Part shown: positions 47,501-56,120 of the stretch, one piece after another
How positions within the stretch are numbered: position 1 is the stretch's first letter
How the letters are laid out: every line of letters starts with the position of its first letter
Assembly: GCF_003334255.1 (NCBI RefSeq)
Contig: NZ_QOWU01000022.1
Length of the DNA: 64,000 nucleotides
Direction: 5' to 3' (one strand)
Source: Escherichia coli
Lineage (GTDB): Bacteria; Pseudomonadota; Gammaproteobacteria; Enterobacterales; Enterobacteriaceae
The notes under the pieces: generated by a model
Database searches by the model: none
Told to the model about the DNA's origin: nothing
Seen by the model: only the letters and a program-made list of their open reading frames with translations
Translations under genes and position numbers: made by a program

Positions 47501-50300
47501 CATGTATATCGCTGCGTAATTGCGTTGTATCATTAGCATCAACCCATAACGCATCGATAGAGATATTGCCTGCATTCTCAGCCGTCGAGTTGTCTATTGC
47601 CGTCATGCCAATGTTCCCTCGACCATACATATCAATCACGCCACTCTCACCATTGAGTGCATAACTGTTATGGTAGGCTTCGAGAGCAATCATACTCTCC
47701 GTTTGATTATTCGGAATATCACTGCCAGTAGCACCCACGGAGTTTCGCATATTCACCACGCTATACTGCTCCATAACTTTTGCTGTGATGAATCCATTAT
47801 TTGTAACCGTAGCGCCTCCTTGCGCCATTAGCGCTACCCCACCCGGTTCCGGGACTGGATTTGTCGGTGTCGAATAATCATACTGAAGTAATGCGATGCT
47901 GCCGCTGTTAACCGCCGAACTGTTTTCATCGTTGACATTAATAAATTTAATATTCGCTACATCGACATCCCCTTCATTGATGACCTGGGAACCGGAAGAC
48001 GCATTTATTATCGCAGGAGTCGCATCAAAATAGTGTTCGAATATATTGACATCCTTCGTTGAAAAAGAGGCATCATCGCCTATCTTCAACATTGCACCAT
48101 CATTCAACTGGATAATACTGGAGTAACCTACCGGGAAATCACCGCCTATTACCGAGTCACCATTCAGGTATACGGATGAGTTGCCATCAACCTTAATAAG
48201 AGGAGTGGAGCCGCTTCCCTTACGTGCGGAGGCAATATCCTCTCCGTTGGTTAAGGTATTTGCCTCTCCCCTGAATTGCACGCCACCATTAAGTGCTACC
48301 GTATTACCATCACCCGTGATCACCAGTCCGGAGATGTTTTCCTGGCTACCGTCAAAACGTGCATAGGTACGATTCGTGGTTTCGCTATCCACGACCATCG
48401 TTAACTGACCATCCAGTGTAATATCATTATTATCACCGCTGACATTAACGCCAACGGATGGGTCGTAAAAATATTCTGCCGCATTATCAGCCAACTGGTT
48501 TTTATCGACCAGTATATTGCCGGCGATATCGATGGTATTCCCGTTCCCGGCGACATTGACCCCTGTCGCATCCTGTCCGGTGACGTTCAGCTCATAGGTG
48601 GCCAGCGTCATAGTGTTATTATTGCCAACCACATCCAGACCTGTGGAGAAATCACCCACATACATACCACCCGCAAGTGAGATATCGCCAGCGTCGCCAA
48701 TAACCTGAACTCCCGTCCCTGCATTGCTGGCAGAAATATCACCCACGTTCATAAACGTGGCGTTATCCCCCGCAATCTTCACACCTGTGGCATTCTCTTC
48801 CGCATTGCCATTGCTGGCGGAAATATCACCCATATTGATAAATGTGGTGTCATTACCCTGCAACTCAATGCCAATGGATTTCTCATCCACGACGGTTATA
48901 TTGCCTTTATTGCTGATAATGGTGCCATCTCCATCAACAATAATTCCACGTGCGCCACCGCTTACATAAAGATCGCCTGATTGTTTAACCAGTGCATCGT
49001 TACCGGTAATTTTCGACCCCGTCGAATGTTCTCCGTCGACGGTCATGACACCTTTATTACTTACTACCGCGTTGTCGCCATTAATCTCGCTGCCGGTCCC
49101 ACCATTGGTAAACGTCGAGTCACCCGCGGTATTCAATGTCGCGCGATCGCCATTGATAATAACCGCCGTCCCGCCATCAACTTCCGTTTCACCATTATTA
49201 TTGATGGTGATATCGTCGCCGGTCAGGATACCGACCACTGAGCCTTCGCCAATTGCGGTGGTTTTACCGTCGTTATTAAGGGTTATATCGTGACCGTCAA
49301 CAACCATCACCGTGCCACCATTCAGCGCGGTATTTCCACCCTTATCGGTGATGGTGGCATCGTTAACCTGGAAATGGTCACCTGTAGTTCCATCAGCAAC
49401 CGTACCCGCCTCTTTGACAATATGGATTTTGCCATCGTCATCATAACGCCAGGTGATCCCGCCCGCCGTATTGACGCCGTCAAAGCTGACAGTGTTGGCC
49501 GCCTCGTCAACGGACCAGGTTTTTACAATCGTCGTTTTGCCATTTGGCCCGGTAAGTGTGTAACTGCCGTCTTCATTTTTAGCGTAGGTGAAGGTGGTAT
49601 TACGAATTTCTACGGTCTTCGCATCCTGATCCCAGGTGACATTATTTTTATAAACGACAGGATCGTGTTTGACTGGGGTGTCATCACCATCGTCGTCCGG
49701 GGTATCGTCACCATCATCGTCCGGTGGTACCGGGGTGTCACCGCCATCGTCCGGTGGTACCGGGGTGTCGCCGCCATCGTCCGGTGGGACCGGGGTGTCG
49801 CCGCCATCGTCCGGTGGTACCGGGGTGTCACCGCCATCGTCCGGTGGCACCGGGGTGTCGCCGCCATCGTCCGGTGGGACTGGTGTGTCGCCACCATCGT
49901 CCGGTGGGACTGGTGTGTCGTCGCCATCATCCGGCGGTACCGGGGTGTCGCCGCCATCGTCCGGCGGTACTGGTGTGTTGCCGCCATCGTCCGGCACCGG
50001 AGATGGATCGTCGTGATGGTGATTATTATCATCGTGGAGTGCATACACCGCTACGCCTGTTGCCACCGCAGCCAGGCCCACTGCAGCCCAGGGTAACAAC
50101 TCACTATCTTCAGCTGATTTACACTCTGCTGGCAGCTTTTCTAACTGTTCTTTACTCAGTGATTTAATATTGACCGGGCAGCTAATCTTGCTGGATTTAC
50201 GAGACTCATCCGATGTTTCCGCTATCGACGTATCTGCTGCCCAGGTCTGGCTGCTTAACGCCATTGCAACACAGACACTAAGCATTTTTTTCCTTTGCAT
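44595..50300 (-). CDS. ydbA: Giant autotransporter adhesin-like protein YdbA, uninterrupted
   Basis: Single 1901-aa ORF: signal peptide, Pro/Asp-rich decapeptide repeats, long Gly/Asn/Thr-rich passenger, C-terminal beta-barrel ending ...LNFKKTF. Confidence 0.85.
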   Translation of the reverse strand: MQRKKMLSVCVAMALSSQTWAADTSIAETSDESRKSSKISCPVNIKSLSKEQLEKLPAECKSAEDSELLPWAAVGLAAVATGVAVYALHDDNNHHHDDPSPVPDDGGNTPVPPDDGGDTPVPPDDGDDTPVPPDDGGDTPVPPDDGGDTPVPPDDGGDTPVPPDDGGDTPVPPDDGGDTPVPPDDGGDTPVPPDDDGDDTPDDDGDDTPVKHDPVVYKNNVTWDQDAKTVEIRNTTFTYAKNEDGSYTLTGPNGKTTIVKTWSVDEAANTVSFDGVNTAGGITWRYDDDGKIHIVKEAGTVADGTTGDHFQVNDATITDKGGNTALNGGTVMVVDGHDITLNNDGKTTAIGEGSVVGILTGDDITINNNGETEVDGGTAVIINGDRATLNTAGDSTFTNGGTGSEINGDNAVVSNKGVMTVDGEHSTGSKITGNDALVKQSGDLYVSGGARGIIVDGDGTIISNKGNITVVDEKSIGIELQGNDTTFINMGDISASNGNAEENATGVKIAGDNATFMNVGDISASNAGTGVQVIGDAGDISLAGGMYVGDFSTGLDVVGNNNTMTLATYELNVTGQDATGVNVAGNGNTIDIAGNILVDKNQLADNAAEYFYDPSVGVNVSGDNNDITLDGQLTMVVDSETTNRTYARFDGSQENISGLVITGDGNTVALNGGVQFRGEANTLTNGEDIASARKGSGSTPLIKVDGNSSVYLNGDSVIGGDFPVGYSSIIQLNDGAMLKIGDDASFSTKDVNIFEHYFDATPAIINASSGSQVINEGDVDVANIKFINVNDENSSAVNSGSIALLQYDYSTPTNPVPEPGGVALMAQGGATVTNNGFITAKVMEQYSVVNMRNSVGATGSDIPNNQTESMIALEAYHNSYALNGESGVIDMYGRGNIGMTAIDNSTAENAGNISIDALWVDANDTTQLRSDIHGNRAGDYAAGMWVGTDDFNGPRVNATAINKEGGVITIYNAGAGMFANGHGNTVINQGTINLEKNDNYDDTIGANKLVGMAVYNGGTAINDQTGVININAEIGQAFYNDGSGVIVNYGTICTFGICQDSASYNPTDSAVSRGWDNGNVITAEGETLDLPTSGGVTNPLAESDIYITNAGTVTGGAITVAHNGNLTNEITGNINKVVIAIDGEYINQGITQSVSVDGGVFNNEGTVTGQVVTTVAGSVINNAGTISSIEQWASAVYNTGTVSNWKGSSVSAVMNNQAGGTVDKVFFTAASTFNNAGTVNHVTVDKKGVFNNLQGGVATIDDGQLWAGSFNNWGTVNSDANIMAAGNPHTLYNGETGVINGQIKTALNVNANTLVVNDGTINIDNTGNVAMSAHGSAKMVNNNIINVGTEGTSETGMVGMQLESNAKADAVIENNGTINIYASDSFAFSQLGSAGHIVNNGIVYIDDSVTGSGIFKQSGISAEGNGEGGDGTEAHYVDFTAPDEPTITPYSGGSSSSSVSSDDGMNNLNGYVVGTSADGSAGKLKVNNASMNGVGINTGFTAGTADTTVSFDNVVEGSNLTDADAITSTSVVWTAKGSTDASGNVDITMSKNAYTDVATDASVNDIAKALDASYTNNELFTSLNVGTTAELNSALKQVSGSQATTVFREARVLSNRFSMLADAAPKVGNGLAFNVVAKGDPRAELGNNTEYDMLALRKTIDLSESQTMSLEYGIARLDGDGAQKAGDNGVTGGYSQFFGLKHQMSFDNGMNWNNALRYDVHNLDSSRSIAFSNTNKTADTDVKQQYLEFRSEGAKTFEPSEGLKVTPYAGVKLRHTLEGGYQERNAGDFNLSMNSGSETAVDSIVGLKLDYAGKDGWSANATLEGGPNLSYAKSQRTASLAGAGSQHFNVDDDQKGGGINSLASVGVKYSSKESSLNLDAYHWKEDGISDKGVMLNFKKTF
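49670..50000. repeat. Tandem 30-nt coding repeat array (about 10 copies) inside ydbA
   Basis: Repeated ggtgtcaccgccatcgtccggtggtaccgg units encoding (T)PVPPDDGGD. Confidence 0.85.
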
Positions 50301-50701
50301 ATGAAATTCCTCATAAATAGATGATTACGCAGCCCAGATAAACTGCACAGGGTTAAATAGTTACAAACATTCGAAATCTGGATATTGTTTTTAACAGAAT
50401 AAATATATTGATTTAGCGAATATATTTATTCATTAAGTCAATATATTTATTCTTTAATTTATATTTTTAACGCATTTATTTCAACATAAAATATGGCGTA
50501 GTTGAGATTAAATCCGATAATACCTATGAATTAAATAATACAAGTAATTCATGTGGTAAATAAATCATCATGTTAATGAAGCATTTCTTATCGGCATCTA
50601 TATGAAATTAAATAAAAAATAATTCTCAATAGTATTACAGTTATTATTGAATGTTTCAGGAGGTACAACCAGACAGATTTTTCTCGACGAATACCGAATT
50701 A

Positions 50702-51025
50702 TTATTTTTGCAACCACATCCCGTTTATCCCGCGAATGTATTCTCCCGGCTTAGCTTTTGCTACCAGTTTCTGCCCAGCCAATTTTTCCACTTCTGCAAC
50801 CGGCAAATTATTTTTTATGGCGAGTTTTTGATAGCTCTTTTTACGCGATTCATTAATCGTTTTGACTAACATCTGTGTTTCGGTATCCGCCTTTAATGCA
50901 ACCAGATAACCATTATACGTTTCGCCAACACGCCCCTGAGTTCGAGCGTCATCCAGCGTCAGCGCCATCGCACTGGCGTTAAATAATGCATTAATGACAA
51001 AACACAGCATTAAATTTCTCTTCAT
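50702..51025 (-). CDS. ydbL: DUF1318-family periplasmic protein YdbL
   Basis: ORF 50702..51106 trimmed to MKRNLMLCFVINALFNASAMA. Confidence 0.75.
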   Translation of the reverse strand: MKRNLMLCFVINALFNASAMALTLDDARTQGRVGETYNGYLVALKADTETQMLVKTINESRKKSYQKLAIKNNLPVAEVEKLAGQKLVAKAKPGEYIRGINGMWLQK

Positions 51026-51032
51026 ACTCGCC

Positions 51033-51218
51033 TCAGAAAAGATCGCTACGGGTCTCAAGCAGCTCTTCGACATCTTTGTCTGCCTTGATGATGATCTCAT
51101 GCTCAATTTTAACGTTCATATTGATAGTGATCGGTTCCTTAGGTGCAGCGACTTCAATGCGAGGCGTACAGCCAACCAGCATAAAAGATGACGTCAACGC
51201 AGCCAGTAAAATTTTCAT
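51033..51218 (-). CDS. ynbE: Small lipoprotein YnbE
   Basis: 61-aa ORF with lipobox MLVGCTP. Confidence 0.8.
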   Translation of the reverse strand: MKILLAALTSSFMLVGCTPRIEVAAPKEPITINMNVKIEHEIIIKADKDVEELLETRSDLF

Positions 51219-53854
51219 TGTTTTTCCTCACACTCTTTTCCTTGCGGACAGTCATTTCCCGGCAGACGTGCGTTCTGCTCCAACCATGCCTGGAGATTAT
51301 CGCCAAAGCGTAAACTGCGCCACAGCGTAAAAATATTCTCTTCATGATGGTAATTAAGGTTTACCGTACCGCTTTTACCATCAACGCGACTGGTACCTGT
51401 AATGTTGGCCTGCATGGTTAATAAACCGAGATTATCTAAGTTAATTTTTGTCGATGACCGGCTAATTTCCATATAGCGCAACCAGTTAATTGCTGAACCC
51501 GCAGTCATATTGTCTTTCACCACCGCATCTGCGGTGTCTTTATCCAGCCGCAAGGTCATTGGCCCGCTATTTGCCAGCCAACCATCTTTCACTATCCATT
51601 TTTCGTTGTTTAGCCATAACGGCAATGCACCACTAAATGCCCCGGACATGGCGAATTGTTTCGGATTGACGGCGCTAACCAGTTCGCTGGATGAGAGATT
51701 ATTCAGCCGCAACAGCGCCGGGTCATGTTGCGGCATGCGTAATTGTTTCATCAGCACGTTACCGCCTAAAACATCGACGCTAACATCAGTCAACAGCAAG
51801 GGTTCTTCTTCAGTCCACGGATAACGCCCTTGCAAATCAGCCGTAATATTTTTCGCTGTCACCAGATTAATCACTTCGGCAATTCGCAACATAACGGGGC
51901 CGCGAGTCCCCAGATGCCAGGCTCCATCGGCAAAACGGAAAGGCAGGACAAAATCGACACCGTTAACCTGATTATCTGGCATCCAGGCACTACCGCCTTT
52001 CAACACGCCGTGCCCTCCCGCGCGGAATCCTTGTTCAGGCGCAGCAGAAAATGCAACCTGAGCATACAGTTCACCATCGCGTAAGTTCATCTTCCAGTCG
52101 GGTGGCACCAGCGGCTGGAATACAGTCAGTGATTGTTTAGGCCACCAGGCGTTACCGCGCAGACGAATACCGTCCCAGCGACCATTTACCCGAACCGGGC
52201 CAATCTCACCAGCATGTAAATCGCCTTTAAAGAGGAAATACGTCGGATCGCGCCCATCGACGCTAAATTTTAAGGTTGATGGCGGTAACACACTGCCGCC
52301 AGTGAACAGCGTTTGCCCGGCGTCCAGTGACAGCGCGCCGCTGAAGGAGGGATGCTGTGCGTCACGTACCCAGACGACGGGCTTGTCGAGAATTAATCGC
52401 GGCTTTTCTACCGTCATCGTACCGTATTGTAACTGGTCGAAACCGGTGGAGAGATCGGTCAGCGTAATCGTGCTGTCATGCCACTCACCCTTTCCTGCGA
52501 CATCCCAGGTGGCATTCATCGGTGTAAAACTGCCTTTTCCCCAGTAGCGCCACTGCCAGCGGCCAGCGTCAGGGAGAAAATCATTCGCCAGCCCATCCAT
52601 ATGCAGCACGAAATCGCCCAGTTCATTTTCATGCGCCTGCAAAATGGCCTGCAAACGTCCGTCAACACCACGTTGGGTGACTTTTACACCCGCTAAAGGC
52701 CAGCGGATTTCATCGATGTCCAGCGAATCGATGACTCTTCCCTTTGAACGAAGTAACGCGCCTGGCTCAAAGGTCAGCGTTGGGTCAGACAGACTTCCAC
52801 TTAGCTGCGCGGGTAAGCGGGCATATAAAATGAGGTCCGCCTGTTTCGCTTCACCGGTCAGCTGTAAAGGCAGCTGGCTGTTATCCATGCTTAATTTTCC
52901 TGGGCCAAAATTTAGCACCGCGTTGCCCTTACCCGCTTGCCCCTGGGTCAGCACACTCAGTCGTCCGCTGACCAGAGCGTTCTCAAGCCCTGCCTGCCAG
53001 TTGTCGACTTTGACACCCAGTCGGCCACTCAAAGGAAAACCTGCATACGGCCAGCTCCAGCGACCATCGCTTATGGTCAATTGTTGACGAGTAATTTGCC
53101 ACGGCAAATCGAGCAACGGATCGCCGTTATCCCGTGCCAGCACGATCAATTGCCCGCTATTTTCCTGCCAGTCCAGCTCTGCATCCACCAGTGACGGTTC
53201 CTGCGGCAAGTTTAACGTCGCAGTAGCATGCCCACTTACAGGAAGTCCATCCGGCACGAGCGGCATAGTAAATTCCCCCACCAGTTTAACCGGCGGCTGA
53301 TTTTCAAACGCGACGACATCCAGTTCGCTGACTGTAAGTTGTTGCTCTTTCAGCTGGCCTTGAAATTTAACTTTTTCGCCCTGATAACGCAGTTGCTGGA
53401 TATCAGAGGTTAATGCGAGAGAGAGTTTTCCCTGCCATTCCTGCCAGGGAGAAAAAATCAGTTTATCGATATTGATCCAGGTGTTAGGCAGCATGGACTG
53501 CCACTGCGCGAGGGTTTTTGGAGCAGCTGGCGATTGCTCCGTCTGCGGCAATTTCGCCAGACAAGCAGAATCAAGTTCTACCGTGCCGACGTTCAATAAC
53601 CAGCGGCTCGGATGTGAAAGGCTGGCGTTGGTGATATGCGCAAGCTGACAATCTCCCACCAGATAACGAAGATCGGGAATGATTAAACCTTTACGCGTAA
53701 TGCGTGGGCTTTCATCTAATGCAATACGTGTCCCGAGCGGTAGCCAGATGCCCGCCAGCGTGGGAACCCACAGCCCGAGCGTCATCAGCAGCGTCAACGG
53801 CACAAGAATAATCAGTAATAACAGCGCGAGAACGGCTTTATATTTACCCAGCAT
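51215..53854 (-). CDS. ydbH: Large AsmA-like membrane-anchored protein YdbH
   Basis: 879-aa ORF with N-terminal TM anchor; forms ydbH-ynbE-ydbL cluster. Confidence 0.85.
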   Translation of the reverse strand: MLGKYKAVLALLLLIILVPLTLLMTLGLWVPTLAGIWLPLGTRIALDESPRITRKGLIIPDLRYLVGDCQLAHITNASLSHPSRWLLNVGTVELDSACLAKLPQTEQSPAAPKTLAQWQSMLPNTWINIDKLIFSPWQEWQGKLSLALTSDIQQLRYQGEKVKFQGQLKEQQLTVSELDVVAFENQPPVKLVGEFTMPLVPDGLPVSGHATATLNLPQEPSLVDAELDWQENSGQLIVLARDNGDPLLDLPWQITRQQLTISDGRWSWPYAGFPLSGRLGVKVDNWQAGLENALVSGRLSVLTQGQAGKGNAVLNFGPGKLSMDNSQLPLQLTGEAKQADLILYARLPAQLSGSLSDPTLTFEPGALLRSKGRVIDSLDIDEIRWPLAGVKVTQRGVDGRLQAILQAHENELGDFVLHMDGLANDFLPDAGRWQWRYWGKGSFTPMNATWDVAGKGEWHDSTITLTDLSTGFDQLQYGTMTVEKPRLILDKPVVWVRDAQHPSFSGALSLDAGQTLFTGGSVLPPSTLKFSVDGRDPTYFLFKGDLHAGEIGPVRVNGRWDGIRLRGNAWWPKQSLTVFQPLVPPDWKMNLRDGELYAQVAFSAAPEQGFRAGGHGVLKGGSAWMPDNQVNGVDFVLPFRFADGAWHLGTRGPVMLRIAEVINLVTAKNITADLQGRYPWTEEEPLLLTDVSVDVLGGNVLMKQLRMPQHDPALLRLNNLSSSELVSAVNPKQFAMSGAFSGALPLWLNNEKWIVKDGWLANSGPMTLRLDKDTADAVVKDNMTAGSAINWLRYMEISRSSTKINLDNLGLLTMQANITGTSRVDGKSGTVNLNYHHEENIFTLWRSLRFGDNLQAWLEQNARLPGNDCPQGKECEEKQ

Positions 53855-54061
53855 GGGTAGTTAATATCCTGATTTAGCGAAAAATTAAGCATTCAATACT
53901 GGTATTGTGGCATGTTTAACCGTTCAGTTGAAGGTTGCGCCTACACTAAGCATAGTTGTTGATGAATTTTTCAATATCGCCATAGCTTTCAATTATATTT
54001 GAAATTTTGTAAAATATTTTTAGTAGCTTAAATGTGATTCAACATCACTGGAGAAAGTCTT

Positions 54062-55051
54062 ATGAAACTCGCCGTTTATAGCACAAAACAGTACGACAAG
54101 AAGTACCTGCAACAGGTGAACGAGTCCTTTGGCTTTGAGCTGGAATTTTTTGACTTTCTGCTGACGGAAAAAACCGCTAAAACTGCCAATGGCTGCGAAG
54201 CGGTATGTATTTTCGTAAACGATGACGGCAGCCGCCCGGTGCTGGAAGAGCTGAAAAAGCACGGCGTTAAATATATCGCCCTGCGCTGTGCCGGTTTCAA
54301 TAACGTCGACCTTGACGCGGCAAAAGAACTGGGGCTGAAAGTAGTCCGTGTTCCAGCCTATGATCCAGAGGCCGTTGCTGAACACGCCATCGGTATGATG
54401 ATGACGCTGAACCGCCGTATTCACCGCGCGTATCAGCGTACCCGTGACGCTAACTTCTCTCTGGAAGGTCTGACCGGCTTTACTATGTATGGCAAAACGG
54501 CAGGCGTTATCGGTACCGGTAAAATCGGTGTGGCGATGCTGCGCATTCTGAAAGGTTTTGGTATGCGTCTGCTGGCGTTCGATCCGTATCCAAGTGCAGC
54601 GGCGCTGGAACTCGGTGTGGAGTATGTCGATCTGCCAACCCTGTTCTCTGAATCAGACGTTATCTCTCTGCACTGCCCGCTGACACCGGAAAACTACCAT
54701 CTGTTGAACGAAGCCGCCTTCGATCAGATGAAAAATGGCGTGATGATCGTCAATACCAGTCGCGGTGCATTGATTGATTCTCAGGCAGCAATTGAAGCGC
54801 TGAAAAATCAGAAAATTGGTTCGTTGGGTATGGACGTGTATGAGAACGAACGCGATCTATTCTTTGAAGATAAATCCAACGACGTGATCCAGGATGACGT
54901 ATTCCGTCGCCTGTCTGCCTGCCACAACGTGCTGTTTACCGGGCACCAGGCATTCCTGACAGCAGAAGCTCTGACCAGTATTTCTCAGACTACGCTGCAA
55001 AACTTAAGCAATCTGGAAAAAGGCGAAACCTGCCCGAACGAACTGGTTTAA
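54062..55051 (+). CDS. ldhA: Fermentative D-lactate dehydrogenase
   Basis: 329-aa 2-hydroxyacid dehydrogenase ORF (GVIGTGKIG). Confidence 0.9.
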   Translation: MKLAVYSTKQYDKKYLQQVNESFGFELEFFDFLLTEKTAKTANGCEAVCIFVNDDGSRPVLEELKKHGVKYIALRCAGFNNVDLDAAKELGLKVVRVPAYDPEAVAEHAIGMMMTLNRRIHRAYQRTRDANFSLEGLTGFTMYGKTAGVIGTGKIGVAMLRILKGFGMRLLAFDPYPSAAALELGVEYVDLPTLFSESDVISLHCPLTPENYHLLNEAAFDQMKNGVMIVNTSRGALIDSQAAIEALKNQKIGSLGMDVYENERDLFFEDKSNDVIQDDVFRRLSACHNVLFTGHQAFLTAEALTSISQTTLQNLSNLEKGETCPNELV

Positions 55052-55161
55052 TCTTGCCGCTCCCCTGCAATCCAGGGGAGCTGATTCAGATAATCCCCAA
55101 TGACCTTTCATTCTCTATTCTTAAAATAGTCCTGAGTCAGAAACTGTAATTGAGAACCACA

Positions 55162-55584
55162 ATGAAGAAAGTAGCCGCGTTTGTTGCGCTAAGCCTGCTG
55201 ATGGCGGGATGTGTAAGTAATGACAAAATTGCTGTTACGCCAGAACAGCTACAGCATCATCGCTTTGTGCTGGAAAGCGTAAACGGTAAGCCCGTGACCA
55301 GCGATAAAAATCCGCCAGAAATCAGCTTTGGTGAAAAAATGATGATTTCCGGCAGCATGTGTAACCGCTTTAGCGGTGAAGGCAAACTGTCTAATGGTGA
55401 ACTGACAGCCAAAGGGCTGGCAATGACCCGTATGATGTGCGCTAACCCGCAGCTTAATGAACTCGATAACACCATTAGCGAAATGCTGAAAGAAGGTGCA
55501 CAAGTGGATCTGACCGCGAACCAGTTAACGCTGGCGACCGCGAAACAGACATTAACTTATAAGCTGGCGGATTTAATGAATTAA
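55162..55584 (+). CDS. hslJ: Heat-shock lipoprotein HslJ
   Basis: ORF trimmed to ATG 55162 (MKKVAAFVALSLLMAGC). Confidence 0.85.
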   Translation: MKKVAAFVALSLLMAGCVSNDKIAVTPEQLQHHRFVLESVNGKPVTSDKNPPEISFGEKMMISGSMCNRFSGEGKLSNGELTAKGLAMTRMMCANPQLNELDNTISEMLKEGAQVDLTANQLTLATAKQTLTYKLADLMN

Positions 55585-55847
55585 TAGCTGCCACAGCTCC
55601 CGGCGGCAAGTGACTGTTCGCTACAGCGTTTGCCGTTGGGTAATGCACACATCCCAATCGCCGTACCATCCAGTTGACGGGCAACAGAAAGCGAACCGCC
55701 GATCATTGCACAATTTGCTTCTCCACTACTGGACATCGACGCTTTTAAACCTGGCGCTACGTGCGCCGCAGTCGCCTGCTGAACAGGCTCACTACTACAC
55801 GCCGACAACAATAAAGCGGCACACCCTACCCAAAACGCTGCTCGCAT
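55581..55847 (-). CDS. ydbJ: Small lipoprotein YdbJ
   Basis: 88-aa ORF with lipobox LLSACSS. Confidence 0.75.
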   Translation of the reverse strand: MRAAFWVGCAALLLSACSSEPVQQATAAHVAPGLKASMSSSGEANCAMIGGSLSVARQLDGTAIGMCALPNGKRCSEQSLAAGSCGSY

Positions 55848-56120
55848 CTCTTCTTCCTCTGATCTTCAAGCCAAACGACACCGCCATAAATAATAGGCAG
55901 CACAGAGGGCGGCGTCGAGAGCTGTCCTGCGCGTTGCCCCGCATTTTTACTTTTTTATGGCTATTTTTTTGCCCTCTGTTTGATCAAAACATTCATTACG
56001 CTGATGTGGGGGACACAAAAGCGAAAATGCAGAAGAAAGCCATTTGCTAAAATTGAAGGATTACTACTGGGCGCGCAGCAATTTCGTGCGCCCCTCATTT
56101 GCGCAATGTAAGGGTGTCAT

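Noticed and set aside
49290-50167. ORFs on both strands with repetitive TPRYHRTMAA or SSGGTGVSPP translations
   Set aside because: Alternative-frame readings of the ydbA 30-nt tandem repeat; not separate genes and not a CRISPR array (no spacer/repeat alternation, coding periodicity)
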